Part shown: positions 24,216-37,279 of the stretch, piece by piece | Numbering within the stretch: position 1 is the stretch's first letter | Layout of the letters: every line of letters begins with the position of its first letter | Source of the DNA: Malacoraja senta | Lineage: Eukaryota | DNA: 63,872 nt | Direction of reading: 5' to 3' | Assembly: GCA_038087875.1 (NCBI GenBank) | Contig: JAXLNO010001025.1 | Location: forward strand, 186,001 to 249,872 | Program-made: the position numbers and the translations under genes | The notes under the pieces: model-generated | Told to the model about the DNA's origin: nothing | What the model saw: the letters and a program-made list of their open reading frames with translations, nothing else | Database searches by the model: none

Positions 24216-27200
24216 GGGGAAGCTGGGAAGTCCCCGAGCTCGGCTCCGAGTAGAGTCGTGGAGGAGGGAGCCGCTGGTGACGACGGACACGAGGAGAGGG
24301 ACCTGTGTATTGCCTCCAGCGCTTTCAAGGCCGGCTGCAGGAGGCATCCCCGGGACACAGGCAGTCGGGTGAGGAGAGGGACGTCGGTTCACGGGCCGAG
24401 CCAGTCGAGGGTGACAGAGGAGGTAATCCTGGGGCTTACCTGGATCGGGAGCCTCTCCAGTACATCGAGCACGTGTTTGGACTGGACTTTAGTGTAAACG
24501 GTGCCAAAATATGGCAACTCATGCATGTGTGAGCGATGCAAACAGAATTTCAGTGTGGAGTGAACACGTGACAATAAAACACCTTTGAGGAGCCATTTTG
24601 TTTTCCTGTATAGCATTTCAGGAGGGCATTGATATAATCCCCAAGGACAATATCCACTCCCTGATAAACACATCCAATTAAAGTCACACTTGCTCCTTGG
24701 TCTCCAGAAAGACAAATACTTTGTGACTTTTCTGCTGATTTCAAATCAGAGTTGAGAACACCCTATGCTTTAAATTCTGATCCATGTCCCTTTTGTCATG
24801 GTCTCTTGCTTCTGGAGACATTTTTGAAATAAATGCCTATAATTTCCTAATTAGGGGACAAATAACAGGAGGGGAAATTTAGTGCTAAAGTAAATATATT
24901 TTCAATGAATACAAATGAGGTTGGACAACGTTAAAAAAATAGATATTATTGGACTTTACAACATCAATCGAGAATATTTGCCACGGGTTTTATATATAAC
25001 CAGTTTCTGCATTGATGTTCAGTATCCTTCTATGTTATCTTTGATTTTTCTGCTGCCTCTGAACAAGTCATTGTAATCTCCTCCAGTGTCTTCCCTCCAT
25101 TATCCAACCTGATGGAATTGGTTCCACATTGATCAGGTTGTATTTTGAGTTTCTTCAGCCAGGGGATTTGTTCTAGGAAACCCCCAGGATTATCCTTGGC
25201 TCTGCATTTCTCACACATGTTGTTCCTTGGTAACGCAACCTGCAGATTTGGGCGTTGCCTCCTACACATCTAGTGATGATGTCCAGCTCCATCTTTCCAG
25301 CCATCCATGCAGAGTGTAGTGTTATCCAGTATTAAAAGGATTTTAATACTTTTTTAGTATTTAATTTCTTCCAATTAAAATGTAATTTAATCAGTAGAAT
25401 CTCTGCCTCACATCGCAGGGACCCGGGTTCGATCCTGACTGCGAATTCATGTAGGTATGGAGATTTTACGTTCTCCCTGTGACCAAATCAAATCAAATCA
25501 AATCAACTTTTATTGTCATCTTGCAAGCAACAGTTGTACAGTGCAAAATGAAAAGACGTTTCCCAGGGGATACCGGAGCATCGCACATGAAATTTAAAAC
25601 ATTTCACATATAATAACACTAAAAACAATCCAGTCCCTGATGGAACAGTATAAATAGTTAAAAAGTAGGTAAAAACAACGTTAAAATACAGTATAACCAA
25701 TCATAAACATGTCCGGGCAGCTGATTTGAGTGGCCAGTGCCAGTTATTGAAGTGTCCGTGCCAAGCCGCAGAATCAGGTGACTGTGAGTACAGAGTGGCT
25801 GTTTAGCAGCCTCACAGCATATGGCAGGAAGCTGTTTAGCAGTCTTGTGGGTTTCCTCCCACACTCCAAAGATGTGCAGGTTTGTAGGTTAATTGGCTGC
25901 TGTAAATTCATGTTCATAAGCTATAGTAACAGAATTAAGCCATTTGGCCCATCAAGTCTACTCCACCATTCAATCATGGCTGATCTATCGTTCCCTTACA
26001 ACCCCATTCTCCTGCGTTCTCCCCATAAACCCAGACACCCGTACTAATCAAGACTCTATCTGCCATAAAAATACCCAATTGACTTGGCCTCTGCAACCTT
26101 CTGAGGCAATGAATTGTCCTATTGTCCCTAATCTGTAGCATAGATCCAGTGTATGAAGATCGCTGGTCGGCCCAGACTCGGTGGGTTGAAGGGCCTGTTT
26201 CCACGCTGCATCTCTTAGAAAAAAATGTAACCCACTATTTTGGCTTCATACAGATTTTAAACACTTACGTGATTGCCTGACACTTTCTGAATCACAGGTC
26301 ACATCCTCTTCACCTTAGCTGATCCCCAGCTTGAGCTTCCAGCTCTTCATCCTCCCCATTTCAAAAAGGATCAATCTCCGCTCATGTTTGCCCTTCTCCT
26401 TATTAACTTTAGGTAACACAAGACCTATTGAAATTAAAGAAAAAACTCTCATTCCTGACATAAAATTCCCTTTCCAATTGCTGCAAAGTTTTAATAACCC
26501 TCCAAGTCACCTTCCCCCACAATAACATCTGGCATTTTCCCTCCATCCAATAGCTGCCCTCACTATCGATAACCGTGGATCAGTTGCGAAGGCTCAATTA
26601 TTACTCTGGTTCTTAGTTCCTCTATCCTGGGAAATAAGCAGTGTGTATTCACCCTATTTCCCTCACTTTTTATACACCTCTATAAGATCACCCCTCAGCC
26701 TCCTGCGCTCCAAGGAATAAAGTCCGAGCTTATCCGTTCTCTCCCTGTAGCTCAGGCCCACGAGTCCTGGCAACATCATTACGTTACCTCAGATACAACA
26801 CGGAAAGGGGCCTTTCGACCCACCAAGTCCGTGCCGACCAGTCCACTATCAATATCCTCCACACACCAGAGGCAATTTTTGCTGAAACCAATTAACTTAC
26901 AAATCTCCATGTTTTTGGAGTGTGGGTGGAAACTGGAACCCACGTGGTCACATGGAGAAGGTACAAACTCCGAACAGACAGCATCCATAGTCAGGATGGA
27001 ACCCTAGTCTCTAGTGCTGCGAGGCAGAAACTCTACCGTTGCTCTACTGTGCCACCCATGCAATGTGTAAAACTGTGCTTGTATTCCCTCATGCAGCCCT
27101 CCTTTTGTATTCATTCAAAATGTATCAAGGGTGCATCACAGCATGGTTTGGGAACAGCAGACAACTGAACCATCCTATCACCGACTGGAGAGCGGTCCCG

Positions 27201-27875
27201 AGCTACTATCTGTCTCATTGGAGACCCTCGGACTATCTTTGTTCGGACTTTACTGGACATTATCTTGCACTAAATGTTATTTCCTTAATCATGTATCTAC
27301 ACTGGATGGCTGGATTGTAATCATGTATTGTCTTTCTGCTGACTGGTTAGCATGCACGCAACCTTGGTACACGTGACAATAAACTAAGCTGGAGTATTAT
27401 CCAAGGGAAACAGGTGACACCCCAATTTCCCTCCAGGTATGTATAAAGTTTTAATGTATCGTAATACAGTAACTTGATGAACAACTCACCAGACTGATGA
27501 GGTATGTTCTCTCGCTGTTGCATGTGGGGATTCACTGTGAAATATATTTAGCTAATGTTCAGCTCAACATCCGAAATGTTCGGATAGTTTAGCTGAACAT
27601 TGTCGATCGTGAGGCTAAAGTTAGCAAGGACAGTCTCACTGCAGCCAAATCCCTAAATGATTAGAGACAATAGATTCAGTAATACATTTTTTAATTGAAT
27701 TAGATTTGTACATGAAAAGCAAATAATTTTGAGGCAGCAGGGAAAAGTGATGGGGTTGCCCATCTTTTTTTTGCATTGACAACCGTTTTGGTCTCAGATT
27801 AGCACAGACTTGGTTCTAAACTGTGGTGGATTAACCATGAAATTATTAAAGGAAAAACTAATTTTTGTTTTGCAG

Positions 27876-27941
27876 TGCATTCTCATAATGACTTCTTGCT
27901 TGCGATCCTCACGAGATGTCAGATTATGGTTTCAGCTCCAG
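27876..27941 (+). pseudogene. TADA1: TADA1 exon (equivalent to human exon 3): (V)[21 protein letters not shown]
   Basis: ttttgttttgcag|TG CAT TCT CAT AAT GAC TTC...CCA G|gtaaat; 66 nt, phase 1-1. Nearly identical to the recalled vertebrate TADA1 peptide [21 protein letters not shown]. Confidence 0.9.
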
Positions 27942-28211
27942 GTAAATGAGATTTTAATACTTTCTGCAAAAATACACAATACTTATCTGTTTTAGTGCTT
28001 TTCTTAACTCATGCTGTGTCTTTATCCCTCTGCTTACGGACTTCTGCATCTAATTGAGATGTGGCAAATTAAAATTCTTATCGACCTTTTCAAATCCCTC
28101 CCTCTCTTCCCTATTCTTCAACCATTACATTTGTAACTCATCCTACTCTGGCCGCCTCATTTTGCAGTGATCTTATGTTTCTCACAAAATGATTCATGAA
28201 CATTTCCTACA

Positions 28212-29081
28212 TCTATACTATTTTTAAAACTTTCATCTTGTCCTCTTCCGGTTTGCTTTTTAAAAATGTGTGCAAAAACGGTCCCCTATATATGCTAGGA
28301 TTTTTCGCCACCTTATTCACCATTCTCCTCTGCTCCAAGCGCACCAAGTTTGTTCCGATCGGTGGAAGACTACAAAAGTTATGAATGTTAAAAAAATCGT
28401 GAGATCAGCAGATTGGTCTATTCGCCTGTCAGTCACATGAAGGTAACGCCCCTTCTGGCACCCGCTGTTAATCACTGGGTGGGGCGAGGAGAATAAAACC
28501 CCGGATGCGGGGCTGAGTCCACCAGCCGTGTTGATTGAGTCCGCGAGCCGTGCGGAGGAGAACAGCGAAGCGGCCACCACCCACAGTGAGTCCCCATCGC
28601 ACCTCCAGCCCCTTCCCCTCTGGCCTCCCTCGCTGGCTCCGGCCCACCTCCCCATAATACCGAACTCTCTCCCATGGCTCTTCCCCCATCTTTTCTCCGA
28701 GCTCTCTCCCCCCTCCCCCACACCCTCCCCCCCATACCCCAACCACCCCAAACACACTCCTCCCTCCCACACAGCCCTCCCTTCCACACACCCCTCACAA
28801 CCCTACGCTGCTCACACATGCCTCTCTCCCACACACCCCTTTCCCCCAAACCCCCCTGCTCACACATGCCCCCACACACCCCTCACCCCCACACAACCCT
28901 TCTGCCAACACATACCCCCTCCCACACACCCCTCTCCTTCACACCCCCGCCCACAACCCCGCCCCTCCACATCCCTCCTACTCCCCCCTTCAGCCCACAT
29001 AAACACTTCCTCTCCCACCGCACACCCTCCCCCCACCACACACCCCCCCCCCCGTGGTGACTGGGTACCCACTCAGTCTTG
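28212..29081 (+). mobile_element. Non-autonomous Helitron
   Basis: a|TCTATACTA 5' end; 3' end gggtacccactcagtCTTG|t (degenerate CTAG with a partial hairpin). The 5' 200 bp are homologous to 47430-47632 in reverse complement. Confidence 0.65.
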
Positions 29082-30901
29082 TTATTTAATAAATGGGGGA
29101 AAGTCCTTCTGCCCTGCCCCTCTGCTCTTGGGTGGAGACTGGAGAATGAGTGAATGATATAAAGTGTTGCTGTTAGTTGAATGAACAGGGTGAAGGCTAA
29201 TGGATATATCAATACATTTTGGTATTATCTGTGGAATGTAACAAAGAAGCCTGAAGAAGGGTCCCGACCGGAAATGTCACCTATCCATGTTCTCCATGGA
29301 TGCTGCCTGAGCCACTGAGTTACTCCAGCAGTGTGTCTCTTTTTTGTTAAACTAGCAGGTGCAGTTCCTTGTTTCTACTTCTATTTCTACTAGCCATTTC
29401 TCTGTTCTCTCAGCTGACACCTGCGCAAGTATCATTCAATCATCCCAGTCTCCACCCTTCATAAGTGATAGGAACAGAATATGGTCATTTGGCTCATCAA
29501 GTTTACTCTGATCATGGCTGATCCAACTCTCCCTCCTAACCCCATTCTCCTGGCTTCTCCCCAGAACTCCTAACTTCTCCCCAGAACTCCTAACTCCTGT
29601 ACTAATCAAGAATATATCTACCCCTGCCTTAAAAAAGATCTATTAACAGCCTCCACAGCCTTCTGTGGCAATGAATTCTATAGATTCACCATTCTCTGAC
29701 GAAATAAATTCCTTTTAAAATCAGTTTAAATAGTGAAAGCAGCAGACTGTAGTCACCCAGCATATCTCCATCTTGGTTATGTAGTTGGAGGCTTTATTTG
29801 GTTTCCAGGCCTGGAGGATGGGGAAGACAAAAGATCTTATTAATTAACTTAAAGTGTTTATGCTGTGCTTGTTTTAATGCGATTTGATTAGTTAGTTTTG
29901 GTTAACTAGTTATATTTCCAATTATTTACATCAACTTTATAAATAATATCAGTCTATGCTGGTCTCACATCAACAATTACAACCAAAACATGCCATGATG
30001 ATGGCTATTTAACCCAATCCATGGCTTTTAAAGATAGAAAGACTGACATTTTCATAGCTGAATGACATCCCTTTCAGTATATTTTTTAAGGTGGAGAGTG
30101 ACAGATACTTGATGGGTAGGGCTATCAAGAGTTATGGGGAGAAGGCAGGAGAATGGTGTTGAGAGGGAAGGATAGATCAACCATGATTGAATAGTGCAGT
30201 ATACTCGATGGGCTGAATGGCCTAATCCTGCTCCTTGAGCTTATGAATAATGTCTCTGAGCATCAGAGGCTCCTGAGGAAAAAGACAGTGCTGGAGTAAC
30301 TCAGTGGTCGGGTGGCATCCCTGGAGAGCATGGATAGGTGGCGTTTCGGGTCTGGACCCTTTATCAGACTGATAGCGGGTGTTGGAGGAAGGAAACAAGA
30401 AGAGTGGAGGGGCAGGACAAAGCATGGTAGGTCAGAGGTGAACACAGGCGAGGCAGGTTAGTGATGGGCAGATGGTTGGACAAAGGCCAGAGATGAACAC
30501 GTACAAGGAGCAAAGTAAAAGAATTAGTGAGTTGTGAATTGTGAAGCTAGAGGATTGATGAGGTTCGAGTTGTGTAGGAATGAAGGGAGAGGGGAGAGAT
30601 GGGTGCAAGATCGGCTCAGGGGAGGGGGGGAGGTTATAGGGGAGGGGATGCTTGCGATGGGGTGAATGGGCAGGGGTCCAGCAGAAATACTATCTGAATC
30701 TTGCTATTGTCAGGGGGTGGTGAAGCTGTGCAATTCATTGCCACAGTAGGCTGTGAGGTCCAAGTCATTGGATATTTTTAAGGCAGAGGTAGATCGATTC
30801 TTGTTTAGCCAGGTGACAGAGGTTATGGAGGTGAGGTTATGAGGGAGAGTTAGATCAGCCATGATTGAACATGGAGTAGACATGATGGGCCGAATGACCC
30901 A

Positions 30902-33900
30902 ATTTTACTTCGGAGTCACGTGAGTGACTACGTGAAGAACCCCGCCAGTGCGCCTGCGCGTCATTACGTCAGACGCCTTGACGCAAACGGACGTGAGGAG
31001 CAGAGCTCCTCCAGTGGTTTGTAGTTTTTCAACTACAAGGTAAGTAAAAACTTTTTTCATGTTTTCAGGTCCGTTTACTGTGGGTCTATGGGGATTTTTT
31101 CCACAGACGCCATGGGAAAAAACAGACAGAGGGAAGAGGCGAGCGACACAGCCGACAGAAAGTCGGGAAAGTCGGGAGTCCGCGGTTAGAGACCAACCGC
31201 CTCTAAACCCCGGTACAGTCGCCAGCGGTGAGCATAGCGACTGTGGACCTGGGGCTGGTGAAAACACAGTCAGCGCCTGTCGGGCAAAAGACGAAGTTTA
31301 AATCCCAACGGCCCACGGAAGGAGTCCCAGGCAATGGAAGTAGCTCCAGGGCTAGATACTGCTTTCGAGCGTATTGCCCAAATAGAAAGCCTTTTACATA
31401 GGCTGTTGGAGCAAAGTTCACTCAGGGAGGAGTGTACTGAAATCCAAGCTGCTGGAAGCAGCTCAAACAGCTCCTGGTACAGGGCTAGATACTGCTTTCG
31501 AGCGTATTGCCCAAATAGAAAGCCTTTTACATAGGCTGTTGGAGCAAAGTTCACTCAGGAAGGAGTGTACTGAAATCCAAGCTGCTGGAAGCAGCTTAAC
31601 AGCACCTGGCTCAGGGCTGATGGAATGCACCCTCAGGGATGAGGAGCGTGCTACGGGTCATGAGATTTCAGACCCCGACTCTGATGGTGAGGCTGTACAA
31701 GGCGATGAACGGCAGCTGCCAGATGTTCCACCCCTGGCAGTAGGATTCGCTGCCCCGTCAGGGTCAGGAGAGCCATTAGGAGAAGAACTGGCCTCCTTAA
31801 TAAATTACTTGGTTTACCATCAGCTGGAACAGCAGGAGATGGATGAGACTGCAAGAAAGCAGGAGACCCCAAGTAACTGTGGGTTGCTGAAAGCAGAAGC
31901 AGTGAACCAAATTATCTGGAATCAGTTGCAGAGAATATTAAAGCTGCTGGATTCTGGAATAACTGCTTTTACCAGAATAGCAGATAACAGCCAAGAGATG
32001 ACGAAGTTGCATCAGGAATCACTGGGGTTGCTATGCAGCACCCACTTCGAGATCAATTATCTGAGGAAGGTGCTATACGGCCTACTATGAATCCGAAATT
32101 CGCAGCACTCTGCAAACCAAGTAATATACAATTACCCAACTTACTCTTTGGAGAGGATCTCGGGAGACGTATTAAAGAGTTGGAAGATGAAGCAAAAACA
32201 GGATTGATAAAAACATCAATGGTTACAAAGTCTGTAAAGAGGAAGTATCCTTTCAGACGTCATAAGGATCCTAGACCAGGACCAAGTCGCTCATCAACGC
32301 AGGGACGTAGCTGGCGGCCTGCAGCGGGAGTAAGAACCAGTGGTGGTGCTTCCGGGAGAATCCAGGGATCTCAGAATACTCAAATGACTCAAGAGGTAGG
32401 TGGACCTGGTTCTCATGGGAACATACTAACTGGATTAAGTCCAAAAGTTGGAGGCAGATTACGTCTCTTCTATAAACATTGGAAGAAGATTACTTCAGAT
32501 GTGGTAATTCTGAATAATATACAAGGATTTTGAATTGAATTCAATCCAAATTATGATTTGCCTGTCCAGCATGTTCCTAGCAGAACTCTCCACTTTGCGA
32601 AGTAATGGAGGTTCAAGCTGCACTTCAAAACCCTATATATAAAAGGTGTTTTTGAAGAATCAGTCTACCAAATTCACCAATTTGGGTCAAATATATTCCC
32701 TCGATCAAAAAAGGATGGAGGATGTAGGATGATTATAGACTTGACAAGTCTGAATCCTTTTGTCCAGTGTCTGTTCACTTGCAAGATATGAAGTATCTTA
32801 AAATTTAAATGGATGAACCAATTAGGGCAGTTCAAAGCTCTGCCTAATGGGTTAACGTTCGCTCCCAGAATATTCATAAAATTGTTTAAATCAATTCTGG
32901 GGTTGCTGAGAGCCAGGGGCATGTACTAATGGCATACCGGGATGATGTCCTGATTATAGGAAGGACAAAACAGTCAACAGAAGCATCAGTTGCAGTTATG
33001 AAATCAAACTTTTGAAAGTTTGGGTGTTTCTAAATTCATCCAAAGAAATCAAGGATAAAAACATGTTCCTCAATTGATTATTTGGGGTTCACAATTGATT
33101 CAGCCCAAATGCAAATTACTTTGCCCAGTGAAAAAAGGGTGGAGTTGATTAAAGATTGCAGTAATCTGTTAAACGAGCAAAAACCTCTAATCAGACAGGT
33201 GGCTCGAGTACTGGGAAAATTAGTAGATTCCCAGCAGTCCAGTATGGACCATTACATTATCAACAGCTGCAGAGAAGAACAGGCACTGAGAATAAATGCT
33301 GCTCATTTTGATAGAACCATGCAAGTAGCAACAAATGCTGTTTCTAATCTGCAGTGGTGGATTCTACATGTCTCAAGCAGTTGAGGCAAAGTGCTGATTG
33401 AACAACCTTCCATGATATTACAAACTGATGCTAGTGCACTAGGATGGGGTGCAACTGACTTAACATCTAGCTACGGAGGCAGATGGAATCAGGAAGAGTT
33501 ATTGGTACTGCAGACATGGGGAATTACCTATTTGGAGCTTTTAGGAGGTTTCTATGGACTCCAAGCTTGTGGTTCTAACACAACTAAAAGGAAGGTTCAA
33601 GTTAAAATTAATAAACACAACAGCAGTTGCCTATATTAATGATATGGGTGGAATTAAGTCGGTGTCATGTGACAAAATAGTTAAATCAACTTTGGTCTTG
33701 GTGTATTGAACAGAACATTTGGATTTCAGCTATCTATCTACCAGGTAGAATGAACACGATAGCAGATACCAGGTCACGAAAGTTCCATGATAATAAAGAA
33801 TGGATGTTGAATCAAGAGGTATTCAATGATATAGTAATCAGATTTGGAATGCCCGACATCGACTTGAATCATCAGCTATTGAGATATGTCTCATGGAAAC

Positions 33901-35682
33901 CAGATCCAGGAGCAGTGGCGATTGATGCTTTCTCGCTACATTGGGGTGGTATGTTTTCATATATATTTCCACCTTTCTTCCTCATAAGCCAATGTTTGCT
34001 TAAAATCAGGCAAGATGCTGCTTCAAGTGTATTGGTAGTACCAGATTGGCCTACACAGCCATGGTATCCGTTGAAATTAGAATTAACAACACAAATGTTG
34101 ATGAAAGTCCCAAAAAGGATTAATTTATTGCTGCACCCTGTAACAGGGTAACAACATCCATTATATGATTGTTTGGATTTGTTGACTTGCAGGTTTTAAG
34201 AATGCCTTTTCTGGGACGAGGACTGTCGGAGCGTACTGTGGACATGCTTATGGCAGCCTGGAGGAAGAGCACTCAAAAACAGTACCTGTCTTATATTAAG
34301 AAATGGGAAGAGTTCTATGTACAAAAGAATGTGCAATAAAGTACTGCAGATATTTCAAATGTTTAGAATTTCTGTCAAAACTTTATTATGATGAAGGTCT
34401 GAGTTGTAGTGCAATTAATTCAGCCAGAAGTGCATTGTCCTCATAATTGGTTCTGGAGTCAGAAAGAAACCCAATTGGGTCACACCCAATTGTTTCCAGA
34501 CTAATGAAAGGAATCTTTAATTCCAAACCACTGAAACCTAGGTACATGACAATCTGGGATGTAAGTGTGGTACTGAAACTACTTTGTGAATGGTCATCAA
34601 GTGTGTCTTTACCTTTGGCTAAGCTCAGTATGAAAGTATTAATGCTTATGGCATGAGTGACAGCACAACGAATGCAAACACTTGGAAAATTACAAATAGA
34701 CAGTATGGAAGTAACTGAAGATAAGGTTACATTCTATATCTATGACCTACTAAAGCAAATTAGGCCAGGTGTGACAGGATTTCAAATTATACTAGCAGTA
34801 TATCCAAATGATCCTTGTCTCTGTATTAAGACATATTTGTTACAATACATTGAGGTCACAAAGAATTTGAGAAATACGGAAACTGGGTTGTTGATCACAC
34901 ACAAGAAACCACACAAGAGAGTTTCAATACAGACTATTTCCAGAAGAATAAAAGAAGTCTTAACAGCTGCTGGTATTAACACTTATGTTTTTACGTCTCA
35001 CTCGACTAGGGCAGCAGAAACGTCGGCGGACAGGGCAAAAGACGTCCCCGTCGACCATATCCTCGCAGCCGCCGGGTGGTCCAATGAGTTGATGTTTCAA
35101 CATTTTTACCATCGGCCTATTGTTAATGCGGGATTGTTTGCAGAAACTATTTTAAGTTCTGTGTAAATTCCTCTGGTTTAAAGGGGATCTGATTAATTTC
35201 ATTATTGAAATGAATTACTGCATTTGTGGTACAAATGTTATTATGAATGCATGATTGATTATTTCTCGTTCCGAGTCAATCAATGCAGTAAGAAGCCAGG
35301 ATTGATCCACGGCATGAAATCACAAAGCTTTAAAATTTTCACGTAGTCACTCACGTGACTCCGAAGTAAAATCGTAAGATTAAACGAGAACTTACCTAAG
35401 TTTGAAGTTTGATCTTTATTTTATGAGGAGTTACGTAGGTGATTACGTGCCCGCCACGACCCTACCCTCTATCATAAAGGTCAGATGGAAGTTCTTGTAT
35501 TACTCGTTTTATTATGAGACTATATTACTTTGGTTGTTGTTTTTTTGTGATTTCACACCGCTGCTTTGAAGATTGACGCGCAGGCGCACTGGCGGGGTTC
35601 TTCACGTAATCACCTACGTAACTCCTCATAAAATAAAGATCAAACTTCAAACTTAGGTAAGTTCTCGTTTAATCTTACTATT
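30902..35682 (+). mobile_element. DIRS1-like retrotransposon, copy B: full length with intact termini and disrupted ORFs
   Basis: gag-like 31334-32533, RT/RNase H about 32580-33700, Dam-like MTase 33750-34151, YR about 34200-35166 (HSTR...GWS...FY). A 35-bp perfect ITR and an ICR at about 35338-35449 matching both ends. Splits a CR1 tail at ATT. Confidence 0.95.
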
Positions 35683-36031
35683 CTGCTCCTATCCCTTATG
35701 AACTCATACCTTGTAGCCTGATTGATGGGTACAAAAGATTAATAGGGATGGTCCTCCACAGGTCAGTATATGTGGGCAGTGACCCAGATCCAGCAACATT
35801 CAGCTAAACATTGCCCTGGTCCATCTACAATGGAGATAATGTTAGAATTGCTTATAAATAGCAAATTTTGAATAACATTGTACTTGATCTTTGTTGTCAA
35901 GTTAATGCCAGGATCAGATCCCATTTCTTTTCAGTAGATAGTGCGTGTGTAAACATATCATTTAATTTAGCAATCCGATAGTTTTCATATTTCATGAAGC
36001 TTTTTGCTGAAGTGCTTGCATCTTCCTCCAG

Positions 36032-36240
36032 CATCGTTTCCAAGCACAGAACCCTTTGTCAGGGGCACACAACTTTGTGATGAAGGATCCCCAAGAGGAG
36101 GATGATGTGAAGTTTTGCACTCACACCATGATGCACCCACAAGAGGGCAATTAGAAGGCCTGATGATCGTAACAGCATTTGAATGTGGGTTGGATAATGT
36201 TTCTGAAGATGCGGCGGTGGCAGTGGTGCATGCATTGGTG
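36032..36240 (+). pseudogene. TADA1: TADA1 exon (equivalent to human exon 5) with a 1-nt deletion
   Basis: cttcctccag|[34 protein letters not shown][ca][35 protein letters not shown]|gtacta. It is 209 nt where 70 codons (210 nt) are expected. Confidence 0.92.
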
Positions 36241-36362
36241 GTACTACATTAATGTTCAGTTTTATTTCATTACAAACATATTTTGGTTCTTGTTCACTTA
36301 ACCCGAGTTGCATCCTGCTATACTGCAGCATCATCTGTCTCCCATGTACTAGCAGTAAAGCT

Positions 36363-36650
36363 GGGCGGCACAGTGGCGCAGCAGTAGAGTTGCTGCCTTA
36401 CAGCGCCAGAGACACAGGTTTGATCGTGATCACAGGTGCTGTCTCCCCGTGACCATGTGGGTTTTCTCCAGCTGCCTCAGTTTCCTCCCACACTCCAAAG
36501 ACGTACATGTGTGTAAGTTAACTTGGCCTCAGTAAATTGTCTCTAGTGTGTAGGATAGTGTACGTGTATGGGGTGATTGCTGGTCAACACGGACTCGGTG
36601 AGCAAAATGGCCTGTTTATGTGTTGTATCTTTAAGCTAAACTAAATAAAT
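36363..36650 (+). mobile_element. tRNA-derived HE1/V-SINE-like element; other copies at about 11515-11570, 25390-25490, 26780-27060 (minus), 38370-38645, 39623-39920 and 47734-48072
   Basis: Head with A-box (tggcgcagc) and B-box-like sequence (gggttcgatcc at about 25427), central cctcccacactccaaaga domain and (ctaaa)n tail. Confidence 0.8.
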
Positions 36651-36984
36651 CTATGTTTTCTTCACCTGGGTGCTGGGAAGACCAAAGTTAGGACTTTAGT
36701 TCACCACGGCAGTTTCTTTTAAATTGCCACCAATTCCGTCCTTCTCTCTGGTAACCATTTGACAGTTAACCTGACTGTTGGGGATGTTGTTACCCTGGTT
36801 AAACTGAATTTGTAGGCAGGAACTGAAGGTGCTGGTTAAACTGAACTTGGGCTTTGAACCGTATATCTCTGTCATCATTGCCTATATTTTTCTCTAATAT
36901 TGCCTCACTCCATCTCAACTCATCTCATCTGCTATCTCTTTGTAACACTTAGACCTGGTATTCCAAATTGTTTCTGGATAAATG

Positions 36985-37180
36985 GAAACACAAGGAACTG
37001 CAGATGCTGGTATACAAAAATAGACACAAGGTGCTGGAGTAACTCAGCGGGTCAGGCAGCTTCTCTGGAGAACAGGGGGAAGTGACGTTTCGGGTCTGAT
37101 GAACGGTCCCGACCTGAAACGTCACCTATTCATTTTCTCCAGAGATGCTGCCTGTCCCACTGAATTACTCCAGCAATGTT
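36985..37180. mobile_element. Inverted pair of Penelope-like terminal fragments
   Basis: gctggagtaactcagcgggtcaggcagc...gtgacgtttc followed by its reverse complement gaaacgtcac...gctgcctg...actccagca. Confidence 0.8.
37092..37127 (+). ncRNA. Minimal type I hammerhead ribozyme motif (Penelope-associated)
   Basis: gggt-CTGATGA-ac.ggtc.cc.gacc.t-GAA-ACGT-C-acct: CUGANGA core, stem II, GAAA, palindromic ACGU stem III and GUC cleavage triplet. Confidence 0.6.
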
Positions 37181-37279
37181 TTGGAATAAACTCTGTCTTC
37201 AACCCTCCAAGTTAATCTATTATCATCATCCTAACTTGTATATTATCCTGATAACTCATGAGCTCACTGTTAACCACTT

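Noticed and set aside
25030-25345. KILLILDN motif suggesting a pogo/Tigger DDE relic, or another minus-strand exon
   Set aside because: Downstream motifs (LPPNTT, QPxDQG) cannot be recovered convincingly and there are many stops.
36363-36440. tRNA gene-like sequences at SINE heads
   Set aside because: They have degenerate A/B boxes without a full cloverleaf and continue into the SINE body.
36665-36930. Additional minus-strand exon ending ccag|gtgaag
   Set aside because: All frames contain several stops and the acceptor is ambiguous, so it was left out of the exon chain.
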